Assembly (NCBI GenBank): GCA_049971465.1
Contig: JBMFLB010000002.1
Span: 1 to 39,797 of the forward strand
Direction of reading: 5' to 3'
DNA length: 39,797 nucleotides
DNA from: Minisyncoccia bacterium
Lineage (GTDB): Bacteria > Patescibacteriota > Minisyncoccia > UBA6257 > GWB1-50-10
The notes under the pieces are model-generated. The model worked only from the letters and a program-made list of their open reading frames with translations. It did no database searches and was not told the DNA's origin. Below, in pieces: positions 7,551-16,913 of this stretch. The position numbers and the translations under genes were made by a program. Position 1 is the stretch's first letter. Each line of letters begins with the position of its first letter.

Positions 7551-8864
7551 ATGATTAGCAAGAAATTTGATTTTTTATTATGCCTCTTTATAATTGAAAC
7601 AATGATTGCTCAACAAATAGTTTTAGATAATAAATTAAAAATTATTATTATCAACCAACCACAAAGCACAACTACTACTGCTATGGTTTTTGTTAAAGCC
7701 GGGTCATTGTATGAAACAAAAAATATAAATGGAATTTCTCATTTTCTTGAACATTTATGTTTTAAAGGAACAACTAAAAGACCAAATCAATTAGCAATTG
7801 CCACTGAATTGGAAAAGTTAGGATCAGAATATAACGCACTTACAAGCCATGAATATACTGCTTATTTTATAAAATCGCAAAATAAAAATTTAGATAAAAT
7901 TCTTGATATTCTTGCTGATATTTATTTAAATTCGCTATTTAATCCTCAAGATATTGAAATGGAAAAAGGACCAATTATTGAAGAAATAAATATGTATGAA
8001 GATATTCCAATGAGCAAAGTACAAGAATTATTTTTAGCGCTTGTTTATGGTGATCAACCAGCGGGATGGCCAATTGCTGGTACTAAAGAAAATGTATTAA
8101 AAATTAATCAAGAAAAAATATTAAATTACCGTCAAGCTCATTATTCTGCCCAAACAACAACAATTGTTATTGCTGGAGGTTTTGAAAATAAAAACATTAT
8201 TCAAGATATACAAAATCTTTTTAAAAACATAAATACCAATCCAACTATTCCTAAACAGCAAACAATTGAAAATCAAAATAAACCACAATACAAAATATTA
8301 AATAAAAAATCTGATCAAACTCATTTAGTTTTAGGATTTAAAACTACAAACATTTTTGATGATGATAAATATGCGCTTGATTTATTAGCTAATATGTTAG
8401 GAGGAGGAATGGGTTCAAGATTATTTCAAAAAATCAGAACACAATTAGGTATTGCCTATTATATTAAATCATCAACTGATTTTTTTACTGATCATGGTTT
8501 GTTAACAATATCAGCTGGAATAGATGGCAATAAAATAAATGATGCAATTAATATTATTTTGGATGAATGTAATAGTTTTAAAACCAATGTGCCAAGTTCA
8601 GAATTACAAAAAGCAAAAGAATATACCATTGGCCAGTTGCTTTTATCATTAGAAACATCTGATGAAGTTTCTTTATATTATGGCTTACAAGATGCAGTTG
8701 GCTTACCATTAATGAACCCAGATGAATTAATACAAAAAATAAATATGGTAACAGAACAAAATATTCAAAATGTTGCTAAAAAATATTTTACCAATGATCG
8801 ATTAAATTTAGCAGTACTTGGACCATTGATAAATCAAAACTTTGATGGCATATTAAAAGTATAA
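7551..8864 (+). CDS. M16 (pitrilysin/insulinase) family zinc peptidase
   Basis: It has the inverted zinc motif HFLEHLCFKGT (HxxEH) near the N-terminus, and the about 430-aa two-lobe size is typical of M16B. An in-frame ATG at codon 18 (MIAQQ) is an alternative start. Confidence 0.85.
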   Translation: MISKKFDFLLCLFIIETMIAQQIVLDNKLKIIIINQPQSTTTTAMVFVKAGSLYETKNINGISHFLEHLCFKGTTKRPNQLAIATELEKLGSEYNALTSHEYTAYFIKSQNKNLDKILDILADIYLNSLFNPQDIEMEKGPIIEEINMYEDIPMSKVQELFLALVYGDQPAGWPIAGTKENVLKINQEKILNYRQAHYSAQTTTIVIAGGFENKNIIQDIQNLFKNINTNPTIPKQQTIENQNKPQYKILNKKSDQTHLVLGFKTTNIFDDDKYALDLLANMLGGGMGSRLFQKIRTQLGIAYYIKSSTDFFTDHGLLTISAGIDGNKINDAINIILDECNSFKTNVPSSELQKAKEYTIGQLLLSLETSDEVSLYYGLQDAVGLPLMNPDELIQKINMVTEQNIQNVAKKYFTNDRLNLAVLGPLINQNFDGILKV

Positions 8865-9871
8865 TGGAAAAATTATCTTTTAATATTGAATGGAAAAGTC
8901 TTTTTCGAATAGGAATATTTATATTAGCAGCAATATTAATTTATCTTGCGCGCTCTGAAATTCTTGCTTTATTAATTGCAATAACATTATCATTAGGTTT
9001 AGATCCAATTATTGATTGGTTAGAAAAAAAAGGAATACCACGAATATTAGCTGTGATATTTTTATTAATTGCTTTAATAACAATTGTTGCTACCACTGTT
9101 TATTTAATAATTCCAATAATTTTTTCTGAATTAAAAATAATTATTGCCCAATTACAAACACCAATTGAAAAAATGTTTGGCATTAATATAAAAACAATTA
9201 ATTTTTTACAATTTACTCAATTAATCAATGAAAAAATTAATCTTCAAAGTTCTAATTGGGATTTAATTTTAAATATTTCTCATAAAACAATTTTAACAAT
9301 TGCAACAATAATGATGACTTTTTATTTAATGCTCACTAAAAATGGATTGGAAAATTTTTTAAAAGATATATTGCCAAATAGCGTGGAAAGAAAATATTTA
9401 ATTATTTTTCATAGCTTTAGCAATAAAATTAGAAAATGGCTTTTATCTCAAATTATTTTAAGCATTACTATTGGTATTGTTACGGGAATAGGAGTATGGA
9501 TAATTGGCGTTCCTTACCCTCTTTTAATTGGTTTTATTGCTGCGCTTTTTGAAATAATACCATTTATTGGGCCAATAATGGTCGGAGCGATTGCTTTTAT
9601 TATTGCTATGACCCAATCTTTTATTCTTGGAATTTATACGATTGTCTTATTTATTATTATTCACCAATTAGAAAATCACATTTTTGCACCATTAATTTTA
9701 GGAAAAACGATGAAAATTCATCCGGTTATAGTTGTATTTAGTTTATTAGCCGGAGCAAATATTGCTGGCATTGCTGGAATAATATTATCAGTCCCAGCAA
9801 CAGTATTAATTCAAGAAATTATAAATGATTTTTCTAATCGCAAAAAAATACATCAAAATTTAGGTTTTTAA
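8864..9871 (+). CDS. AI-2E family transporter (PerM/UPF0118-like)
   Basis: A polytopic membrane protein of about 335 aa. Its C-terminal half is family-like: HQLENHIFAPLILGKTMKIHPVIVVFSLLAG...GIILSVPATVLI. The start overlaps the upstream stop (TAATG). Confidence 0.75.
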   Translation: MEKLSFNIEWKSLFRIGIFILAAILIYLARSEILALLIAITLSLGLDPIIDWLEKKGIPRILAVIFLLIALITIVATTVYLIIPIIFSELKIIIAQLQTPIEKMFGINIKTINFLQFTQLINEKINLQSSNWDLILNISHKTILTIATIMMTFYLMLTKNGLENFLKDILPNSVERKYLIIFHSFSNKIRKWLLSQIILSITIGIVTGIGVWIIGVPYPLLIGFIAALFEIIPFIGPIMVGAIAFIIAMTQSFILGIYTIVLFIIIHQLENHIFAPLILGKTMKIHPVIVVFSLLAGANIAGIAGIILSVPATVLIQEIINDFSNRKKIHQNLGF

Positions 9872-9875
9872 TTTT

Positions 9876-11306
9876 ATGTCAAAAATTTTAATTACAACAG
9901 CAATTGATTATGTTAATGATGTGATTCATATTGGGCATGCTTACCAAAAAATAGCAGCGGATGTTTTAGCGCGTTATTATCGTAATAAATTTGGTACTAA
10001 TAATGTCTTTTTTGTCACTGGCACTGATGAACATGGACAAAAAGTCCAAGAAACAGCTCAAAAAAATAATAAAACACCTCAAGAATTTACTGATTATATT
10101 TCCTTATTAGATGAACAACAACAAGATTATTTAAATATTTCTTATAACCGTTTTATTAGAACTACTGATAAAGATCATATAAAAACAGTTACTCAATTTT
10201 GGGAAAAATCACAAAAAAATAATGATATTTATTTAAATGATTTTGAAGGATTATATTGTATTGGTTGCGAATCTTTTAAAACAAAAAGTGAATTAATAAA
10301 CAACCATTGTCCTTTGCATCCAAATTTAGAAATAAAATTAATTAAAGAAAAAAATTATTTTTTTCGTTGGTCAAAATATAAAAATTTTTTAAAGGATATT
10401 ATAACTACAAATGAATTAACAGTATTACCAGAAACAAGAAAAAATGAGGTTTTAGCTTTTATTGATAAAATAGAAGATATAAGTATTTCGCGATCTAAAT
10501 CAAACTTGCAATGGGGAATTAATGTACCTAATGATGACTCACAAGTTATTTATGTTTGGTTTGATGCTTTAATCAACTATTTAACTGCTGGTTTAGCAAT
10601 TAATTTTTGGGATAACAACACAAAAATTATTCATTTATTAGGAAAAGATAATTTACGCTGGCATGCTTTACTTTGGCCCGCAATGTTAAAAAGCGCTGGC
10701 TATCGGTTACCAAATATTATTTATGCTCATGGATTTTTAACTATTAATGGACAAAAAATAAGCAAATCATTAGGTAATATTATTCGTCCATCAGAATTAG
10801 TACAAACTTATAATTCTGATACCATTAGATATTATTTAATGCGTCATACCAGTTTTGAAAATGATAGCGATTTATCATTAGAAAAAATAAAAAATATTTA
10901 TAATGGGGAATTGGCTAATGGATTAGGTAATTTTGCATCACGGGTTTTAGCTTTAACTTTAAATCAAAAATTAAATTTACAAGATACCAATAAAGAAATA
11001 GTAAACAAAACAAATGATTTAATTTATAAGGCTAACAATTATATTGAACAATTTAAATTTAGCGAAGCATTGGGATTAATTTGGGAATTTATTTCATTTG
11101 GAGATAATTATATTAATCTAAATAAACCATGGGAAAATAAAAATATAAATATTTTAACTGATTTAATTTATATGTTACATAATATAAATATATTAATTCG
11201 ACCATTTTTACCTGATACTAATTTAAAACTAAATCAATTGTTACCAATAAAAAACAATATAATATTTGTTACCAACAAACAAACTCTTTTTCCAAAAATA
11301 AAATAA
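9876..11306 (+). CDS. metG: methionine--tRNA ligase (short form, no C-terminal tRNA-binding domain)
   Basis: It has TTAIDYVNDVIHIGHAYQKIAADVLARY (HIGH-type), a CxxC...CPLH zinc knuckle, and KISKSLGN (KMSKS-type). Confidence 0.9.
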   Translation: MSKILITTAIDYVNDVIHIGHAYQKIAADVLARYYRNKFGTNNVFFVTGTDEHGQKVQETAQKNNKTPQEFTDYISLLDEQQQDYLNISYNRFIRTTDKDHIKTVTQFWEKSQKNNDIYLNDFEGLYCIGCESFKTKSELINNHCPLHPNLEIKLIKEKNYFFRWSKYKNFLKDIITTNELTVLPETRKNEVLAFIDKIEDISISRSKSNLQWGINVPNDDSQVIYVWFDALINYLTAGLAINFWDNNTKIIHLLGKDNLRWHALLWPAMLKSAGYRLPNIIYAHGFLTINGQKISKSLGNIIRPSELVQTYNSDTIRYYLMRHTSFENDSDLSLEKIKNIYNGELANGLGNFASRVLALTLNQKLNLQDTNKEIVNKTNDLIYKANNYIEQFKFSEALGLIWEFISFGDNYINLNKPWENKNINILTDLIYMLHNINILIRPFLPDTNLKLNQLLPIKNNIIFVTNKQTLFPKIK

Positions 11307-11311
11307 TAAAA

Positions 11312-12145
11312 ATGGATATAAAATTTTTTGATGTTCATGCCCATATAAATTTTGAAATATTTAAAAACGATTATAAAAATATAATTGCACAAACATTTGA
11401 AAATAAAATTGGAATCATAACCAGCGGAACTTATAAATATACTTCTCAAAGCGCGGTAACAATAGCAAATGAATATTTAGATCAACCAATTTATGCAACT
11501 ATTGGATTGCATCCTATTCATTGTAATCCAGAAAATTATATTGATCACAATGAAACATCAAAAACAATAGAACCAGAAATCAAATTTGATTTAAATTTTT
11601 ATCATAATTTAGCATTAAATCGAAAAGTTATTGGCATTGGTGAATGTGGATTAGATTTTTATCACATTGATATAAATAATAAAAATTTTATTAACAATCA
11701 AAAAAACAATTTTCAACAACAAATTAAATTATCATTTACAATTAAAAAACCTTTAATTATTCACTGCCGTAATGCATTTATTGAATTAATTCAAATTTTA
11801 CAAGAAAACAAAAACTTACTATTAAATTATCCTGGAATTATTCATTTTTTTTCTGGCACTAAAGAACAAGCAAAACAATTGTTAAATTTAGGATTTAGTT
11901 TTAGTTTTGGAGGAGTTATAACTTTTACCAATAATTACAATGAACTAATAAAATTTATACCAATTGAAAATATTTTGCCTGAAACCGATGCTCCTTATGT
12001 TGCCCCAGTGCCTTATCGCGGGAAAAGAAATCAACCTAATTATGTAATTGAAACAATAAAACAAATAACAAAAATTAAAAATATTTCTATTGAAGATTAT
12101 TCTCCTATTTTATTAAATACTGTACATAAAATTTTTAAAATTTAA
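11312..12145 (+). CDS. tatD: TatD family metal-dependent hydrolase
   Basis: It has FDVHAHINF, GECGLDFYH, IIHCRNAF, IIHFFSG and ETDAPY, the canonical TatD metal-ligand motifs in the correct order. Confidence 0.85.
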   Translation: MDIKFFDVHAHINFEIFKNDYKNIIAQTFENKIGIITSGTYKYTSQSAVTIANEYLDQPIYATIGLHPIHCNPENYIDHNETSKTIEPEIKFDLNFYHNLALNRKVIGIGECGLDFYHIDINNKNFINNQKNNFQQQIKLSFTIKKPLIIHCRNAFIELIQILQENKNLLLNYPGIIHFFSGTKEQAKQLLNLGFSFSFGGVITFTNNYNELIKFIPIENILPETDAPYVAPVPYRGKRNQPNYVIETIKQITKIKNISIEDYSPILLNTVHKIFKI

Positions 12146-12152
12146 TTTTTTA

Positions 12153-12181
12153 TTGTAAAAATTCAAAACTAATTTTATAAT
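12153..12181 (+). promoter_or_regulatory. sigma70-like promoter for leuS (TTGTAA-17 nt-TATAAT)
   Basis: TTGTAA at 12153-12158, a 17-nt spacer, TATAAT at 12176-12181, then 7 nt to ATG 12189. Confidence 0.5.
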
Positions 12182-12188
12182 AATTTTA

Positions 12189-14576
12189 ATGAATTCTTAT
12201 CAACCCAAAAAAATAGAAAAAAAATGGCAAAAAGAATGGGAAAAACATCAAATTTACAAAGCAAAAGATTTTGCTAAGAAGAAAAAATGGTACTCATTAA
12301 TTGAATTTCCTTATCCTTCTGGCGCTGGATTGCATGTTGGCCATATTCGTAGTTTTACCGCAATGGATATTATATCCCGCAAAAGAAGAATGGAAGGATA
12401 CAATGTTTTATATCCAATTGGTTGGGATGCTTTTGGCCTTCCAACTGAAAATTATGCAATAAAAACAGGAATAGCACCAGATGTTGCTACTAAAACAAAT
12501 ACCAATAATTTTAGAAGACAGTTAAAAAGCCTTGGCTTTTCTTTTGATTGGTCAAGAGAAATAAACACAACTGATCCTAAATATTATAAATGGACCCAAT
12601 GGTTGTTTTTGCAGTTTTTTAAGAATGGATTGGCTTATAAAGCAGAAGTTCCAATAAATTGGTGTCCTCGCTGCAAAATTGGTTTAGCAAATGAAGAAGT
12701 AATCAATGGAAGATGTGAACGGTGCGGCGCAGAAGTTGAACAAAAATTAAAATCGCAATGGATGCTAAAAATAACTGCTTATGCGGAAAAACTTTTAGCA
12801 GGATTAAAAACTGTTGATTTTTTACCAGAAATAAAAACACAACAAATCAATTGGATTGGCAAATCAGAAGGTTCAGAGATAGATTTTCCAATTAAAAATA
12901 TTAATATTCAAATAAAAATTTTTACAACTCGTCCTGATACTTTATTTGGAGCAACTTATTTAGTTTTAGCGCCAGAACATAAAATAGTAAGTGAACTAAA
13001 AAAATATATTTCCAATAAAAGGGAGGTTGAAAATTATATTAATCAAACATTAAAAAAAACAGAAGAAGAAAGAAAATCAGAAGGAAAAATAAAAACCGGA
13101 GTTGAATTAAAAGGAATTACTGCTTTAAACCCTGCTAATAAAAAAGAAATTCCTATTTGGATTGCTGATTATGTATTAGCATCTTATGGTACTGGAGCAA
13201 TTATGGCAGTTCCAGCGCATGATCAAAGAGATTTTGAATTTGCTAAAAAATTTCATTTACCAATTATTGAAGTAATAAAAAAAGATGGTGCAGAACTTCC
13301 TTATGAGGGGGATGGAATTCTTATTAATTCAAATAAATTTAATGGTTTAAATTCTTTAGAAGCAAAAAAAGAAATAACAAAATTTGTTGGTGGCAAAACA
13401 ACAATTAAATATCATTTAAGAGATTGGGTATTTTCACGCCAACGTTATTGGGGTGAACCAATTCCTATAATTAATTGCCAAAAGTGTGGATATGTTCCTG
13501 TGCCAGAAAAAGAATTACCAGTAATTTTACCTAAAATTAAGAATTATCAACCAACCGATGATGGAGAATCTCCTTTATCTAAACTTTCATCATGGGTAAA
13601 TACTAAATGTCCTTCTTGTGGCGGCAAAGCAAAAAGAGAAACAGATGTAATGCCAAATTGGGCTGGTTCAAGCTGGTATTTTTTAAGATATGCTGACCCA
13701 CATAATAATAAACAATTTGCTTCTTATAAAAAATTAAAATATTGGCTGCCAGTAGATTGGTACAATGGTGGGATGGAACATGTTACATTACATTTGCTTT
13801 ATTCCCGTTTTTGGAATTTATTTTTTTATGATTTAGGATTGGTGCCTTTTAAAGAACCTTATAAAAAAAGAACCGCTCAAGGCATGGTTTTAGGTGAAGG
13901 CGGGATTAAAATGTCAAAATCAAAAGGAAATGTAATAAATCCTGATATAATTGTAAAAAATTATGGCGCTGACACTGTACGACTTTATGAAATGTTTATG
14001 GGACCATTTAATCAAGCAATTGCCTGGGATACAAAAGATATCGAAGGATTAAAAAGATTTTTATTAAAAGTATGGAATATTGCATTTACTAAAAAAATAT
14101 TAAAAGTAAAAAATGAAAATTTAGAAACATTAATAAATAAAACAATTAAAAAAGTTAATGATGATATTGAATTAATGTCTTTTCATACCGCAATTAGCGC
14201 TTTAATGATTTTTGTAAATGAAGTACAAAAAAACGAAATTATTCCTCAAACCGTTTGGGAAAAATTTTTAATTATTTTAGCGCCATTTGCCCCTCATATT
14301 ACCGAAGAGTTATGGTTTCATCTTGGCCATAAAAAATCAATTCATTTAAGTTCTTGGCCAATTTATAATGAAAAAGAATTACAAAAAGAAAAAATTTATA
14401 TAATTATCCAAATCAATGGAAAATTTAAAGACAAAATATTAGTAAAACAAAATTTAAATCAAAAAGATATTGAAAAATTATCATTACAATCACCAAAAAT
14501 TCAAAAACTTTTGCAAAATCAATCAATAAAAAAAATAATTTTTGTACCAAATAAATTAATAAACTTTTTAATTTAA
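12189..14576 (+). CDS. leuS: leucine--tRNA ligase
   Basis: It has FPYPSGAGLHVGHIRSFT (HIGH), the CP1 editing motif TTRPDTLFGATY, Zn-knuckle Cys pairs, and KMSKSKGN. 795 aa. Confidence 0.95.
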   Translation: MNSYQPKKIEKKWQKEWEKHQIYKAKDFAKKKKWYSLIEFPYPSGAGLHVGHIRSFTAMDIISRKRRMEGYNVLYPIGWDAFGLPTENYAIKTGIAPDVATKTNTNNFRRQLKSLGFSFDWSREINTTDPKYYKWTQWLFLQFFKNGLAYKAEVPINWCPRCKIGLANEEVINGRCERCGAEVEQKLKSQWMLKITAYAEKLLAGLKTVDFLPEIKTQQINWIGKSEGSEIDFPIKNINIQIKIFTTRPDTLFGATYLVLAPEHKIVSELKKYISNKREVENYINQTLKKTEEERKSEGKIKTGVELKGITALNPANKKEIPIWIADYVLASYGTGAIMAVPAHDQRDFEFAKKFHLPIIEVIKKDGAELPYEGDGILINSNKFNGLNSLEAKKEITKFVGGKTTIKYHLRDWVFSRQRYWGEPIPIINCQKCGYVPVPEKELPVILPKIKNYQPTDDGESPLSKLSSWVNTKCPSCGGKAKRETDVMPNWAGSSWYFLRYADPHNNKQFASYKKLKYWLPVDWYNGGMEHVTLHLLYSRFWNLFFYDLGLVPFKEPYKKRTAQGMVLGEGGIKMSKSKGNVINPDIIVKNYGADTVRLYEMFMGPFNQAIAWDTKDIEGLKRFLLKVWNIAFTKKILKVKNENLETLINKTIKKVNDDIELMSFHTAISALMIFVNEVQKNEIIPQTVWEKFLIILAPFAPHITEELWFHLGHKKSIHLSSWPIYNEKELQKEKIYIIIQINGKFKDKILVKQNLNQKDIEKLSLQSPKIQKLLQNQSIKKIIFVPNKLINFLI

Positions 14577-14599
14577 AATAAAAGTTATATAATAAAAAT

Positions 14600-15523
14600 A
14601 TGTCAAATTATGGTTTTTTTATTTTATTATTAATTATTATTGGTTTAGCAATATATATTTATTTTCAACCACAAACAGTTGAAAAAGTTATAAAAATTCC
14701 ATCAACATCCACTTCAGTATCATCTAGTGTAGCGATTCAAATACAAAAAAACAATATTAAACCTAAACCGATAAATAATTCCAATAATGTCAATAATTCC
14801 AATAATTTGACCCAAAACAATACCACTATTACCAATCCAGTTACACCGCCACCGGGATTTACTATAAATAATTTATCACCTTATTATCAAAAAATAAGAA
14901 TCAATAATGTTTATATAAATTACAATTACTACAGTAATAATCAAATTGTATTATATTCAAAAAATATCACTAATCCTATTGATATAACTGGATGGCATAT
15001 TAAAAGCAATAAAGGTGATATTATTATTCCTCCTGCCGTGTCTGATCTTAATCCTTCTAATATTAACACGCCCAGCGATATTTATTTACCAAGCAATAAT
15101 TATGTATACATTTTTAACAATTATAGCCCAACTTCATACAATTTTAGATTAAACAAATGCACTGGCTATTTAAACAATACCTACAAATTTAATCCTCCAT
15201 TGCCTTGTGATTATCCTCAACTTTTTAATCGTTATGATATATCATCATTTTCTGGCCAATGTCAAAACTTTATTTTTTCATTAAGCAGGTGTACTGGTCC
15301 TTCTATTGAACAACTAAATTATTGGGCCAAAGAACCAAATTGCCGTTCTTTTTTAGATCGCTTTAATTATAATGGGTGTTATAATTTATTAAAATCTTCT
15401 TCTGATTTTTTTGAAAATAAATGGTATTTATGGATTAATGGCATTTGGGGGATAGATCAATATCATGATAAAATATTATTATTTGATAAAAATAATTTAT
15501 TGGTCGATGAATATATATATTAA
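14600..15523 (+). CDS. membrane-anchored surface protein, possibly lamin-tail-domain (LTD)-like
   Basis: N-terminal TM helix (FFILLLIIIGLAIYIYF), then an N/S-rich linker. The segment IRINNVYINYNYYSNNQIVLYSKNITNPIDITGWHIKSNKGDIIIPP resembles the LTD pattern (..ITGW.L.....IP). The C-terminal part is Cys-rich. This is a motif-level call only. Confidence 0.45.
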   Translation: MSNYGFFILLLIIIGLAIYIYFQPQTVEKVIKIPSTSTSVSSSVAIQIQKNNIKPKPINNSNNVNNSNNLTQNNTTITNPVTPPPGFTINNLSPYYQKIRINNVYINYNYYSNNQIVLYSKNITNPIDITGWHIKSNKGDIIIPPAVSDLNPSNINTPSDIYLPSNNYVYIFNNYSPTSYNFRLNKCTGYLNNTYKFNPPLPCDYPQLFNRYDISSFSGQCQNFIFSLSRCTGPSIEQLNYWAKEPNCRSFLDRFNYNGCYNLLKSSSDFFENKWYLWINGIWGIDQYHDKILLFDKNNLLVDEYIY

Positions 15524-15527
15524 ATTG

Positions 15528-15536
15528 TGATATAAT
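15528..15536 (+). promoter_or_regulatory. extended -10 element (TGATATAAT) 6 nt upstream of the hsp20 ATG
   Basis: TG at 15528-15529, TATAAT at 15531-15536, then aaaact and ATG 15543. Confidence 0.45.
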
Positions 15537-15542
15537 AAAACT

Positions 15543-15968
15543 ATGAGTAACAAAGAAGAAAATATTTTTGCGGAATTAGCAAAAAATAAAAATGAAAAGC
15601 CCTCAATCCAATTTGATGATTTAAATGAAAATGCTGAAGGAAAATTACTTACTGATGTTTATCAAACGCCAAATGAAATTGTTATTGAAACAGCTATTGC
15701 CGGAGTAAATCCAGAAGAAGATTTAGATATTAATATCACATCTGATTCGGTAACAATAAAAGGGGAAAGGAAAAAACAAAACAAAGTTGAAGATAAAGAT
15801 TATTTATATCAGGAATGTTTTTGGGGAAAATTTGCTAGAACAATAATGCTTCCACAAGAAATTGATCCTGAAAAATCAGAAGCAGAGTTTAAAAATGGTG
15901 TTCTCATAATAAAACTGCCAAAATTAGATCAGAAAAAAGCTAAAAAACTAAAAATAAAAACAAATTAA
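15543..15968 (+). CDS. Hsp20/alpha-crystallin family small heat-shock protein
   Basis: It has DVYQTPNEIVIETAIAGVNPEEDLDINITSDSVTIKGERK...GKFARTIMLPQEIDPEKSEAEFKNGVLIIKLPK, the typical alpha-crystallin domain layout. 141 aa. Confidence 0.85.
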   Translation: MSNKEENIFAELAKNKNEKPSIQFDDLNENAEGKLLTDVYQTPNEIVIETAIAGVNPEEDLDINITSDSVTIKGERKKQNKVEDKDYLYQECFWGKFARTIMLPQEIDPEKSEAEFKNGVLIIKLPKLDQKKAKKLKIKTN

Positions 15969-15969
15969 A

Positions 15970-16908
15970 ATGAAATGGCATTTATTGATTCTGGTTATTT
16001 TATTTTTATTAATTAACTTTTATTTTATTCAATTAGTTTATGCTTTTGATACTAGACTTATAAATAATATTGGACAAGGAGCAACACCGCCAGAATTAGT
16101 AAAAAATATTTATAATTTTTCTATGTTAGTTGGCGGCATCATTGCAGTAGGAGTTATTGTTTATGCAGGAATCTTAAGAATTTTTTCATCAGGCAATCCT
16201 AAAAAAATACAAGAAAGCAATTCCTACATTACTGGAGCAATATTTGGCTTGTTATTATTGTTTGGTGCATCTATATTATTTAATACAATTAATCCAAGAA
16301 TAGCTAATTTAACTTTTGCTATGTTTCGAATCCAAGTGCCAAATCCTCCACCTCGTCAATCACAGGTTGAATCTTGGCCCCAACCATTATCAGATCCATC
16401 ATACCAACTTGATGATGCTACAGCGCGATGTATGCTTCAAGCACGAGGCATCTCAGTAAATAAATCAAATTGTACCTATATTGGTCAAACAAACTGTACC
16501 AGTTTAGATGGGATAACCGCAACAGCAGTTCATGGCGCAATCCAACTTGCTCAACTTGCTAAAAAAAACAATAAAAACATAACCATAACTGGCGGCACTG
16601 AATATTGGCTGCATAAAACTCATGGGCCAGGAAAATCAATACTTGATATCCATTATGACAAAGATTTAATTAATGATGTTAAAAATTTACAAAGCGGAAA
16701 TACGATTAACTCTTGGATTTGTGAAAAAGGTTCAAAAGATTTTGGCCAAGCTTGTGATACAAATGACACTGATCATTTTCATATTGTTTTTTCTGGAAAT
16801 TATTCAATTAATGATTTAAAGCGTTTATATGGTTCTACTTGGCTCCATTGTCTTTACAACGATAAAGAGAGTGATTCTGCAAATACAAATAATTCTGGAT
16901 CTAACTAA
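15970..16908 (+). CDS. VirB2/TrbC-type pilin-like N-terminal module fused to a possible LAS/M15-type zinc hydrolase domain
   Basis: Signal/TM helix, then two helices (FSMLVGGIIAVGVIVYAGILRIFSSGNPKK...ITGAIFGLLLLFGASILF) as in the small pilin-like genes at 24822-26134. After a Pro-rich linker comes a Cys-rich domain with ITITGGTEYWLHKTHGPGKSILDIH and DTDHFHIVF (H...D plus HxH). Confidence 0.5.
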   Translation: MKWHLLILVILFLLINFYFIQLVYAFDTRLINNIGQGATPPELVKNIYNFSMLVGGIIAVGVIVYAGILRIFSSGNPKKIQESNSYITGAIFGLLLLFGASILFNTINPRIANLTFAMFRIQVPNPPPRQSQVESWPQPLSDPSYQLDDATARCMLQARGISVNKSNCTYIGQTNCTSLDGITATAVHGAIQLAQLAKKNNKNITITGGTEYWLHKTHGPGKSILDIHYDKDLINDVKNLQSGNTINSWICEKGSKDFGQACDTNDTDHFHIVFSGNYSINDLKRLYGSTWLHCLYNDKESDSANTNNSGSN

Positions 16909-16913
16909 ATAAT

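Noticed and set aside
9872-12188. T-box leaders or riboswitches upstream of the aaRS genes
   Set aside because: The upstream gaps are 4-43 bp, far too short for a T-box (about 200 nt or more) or any known riboswitch.
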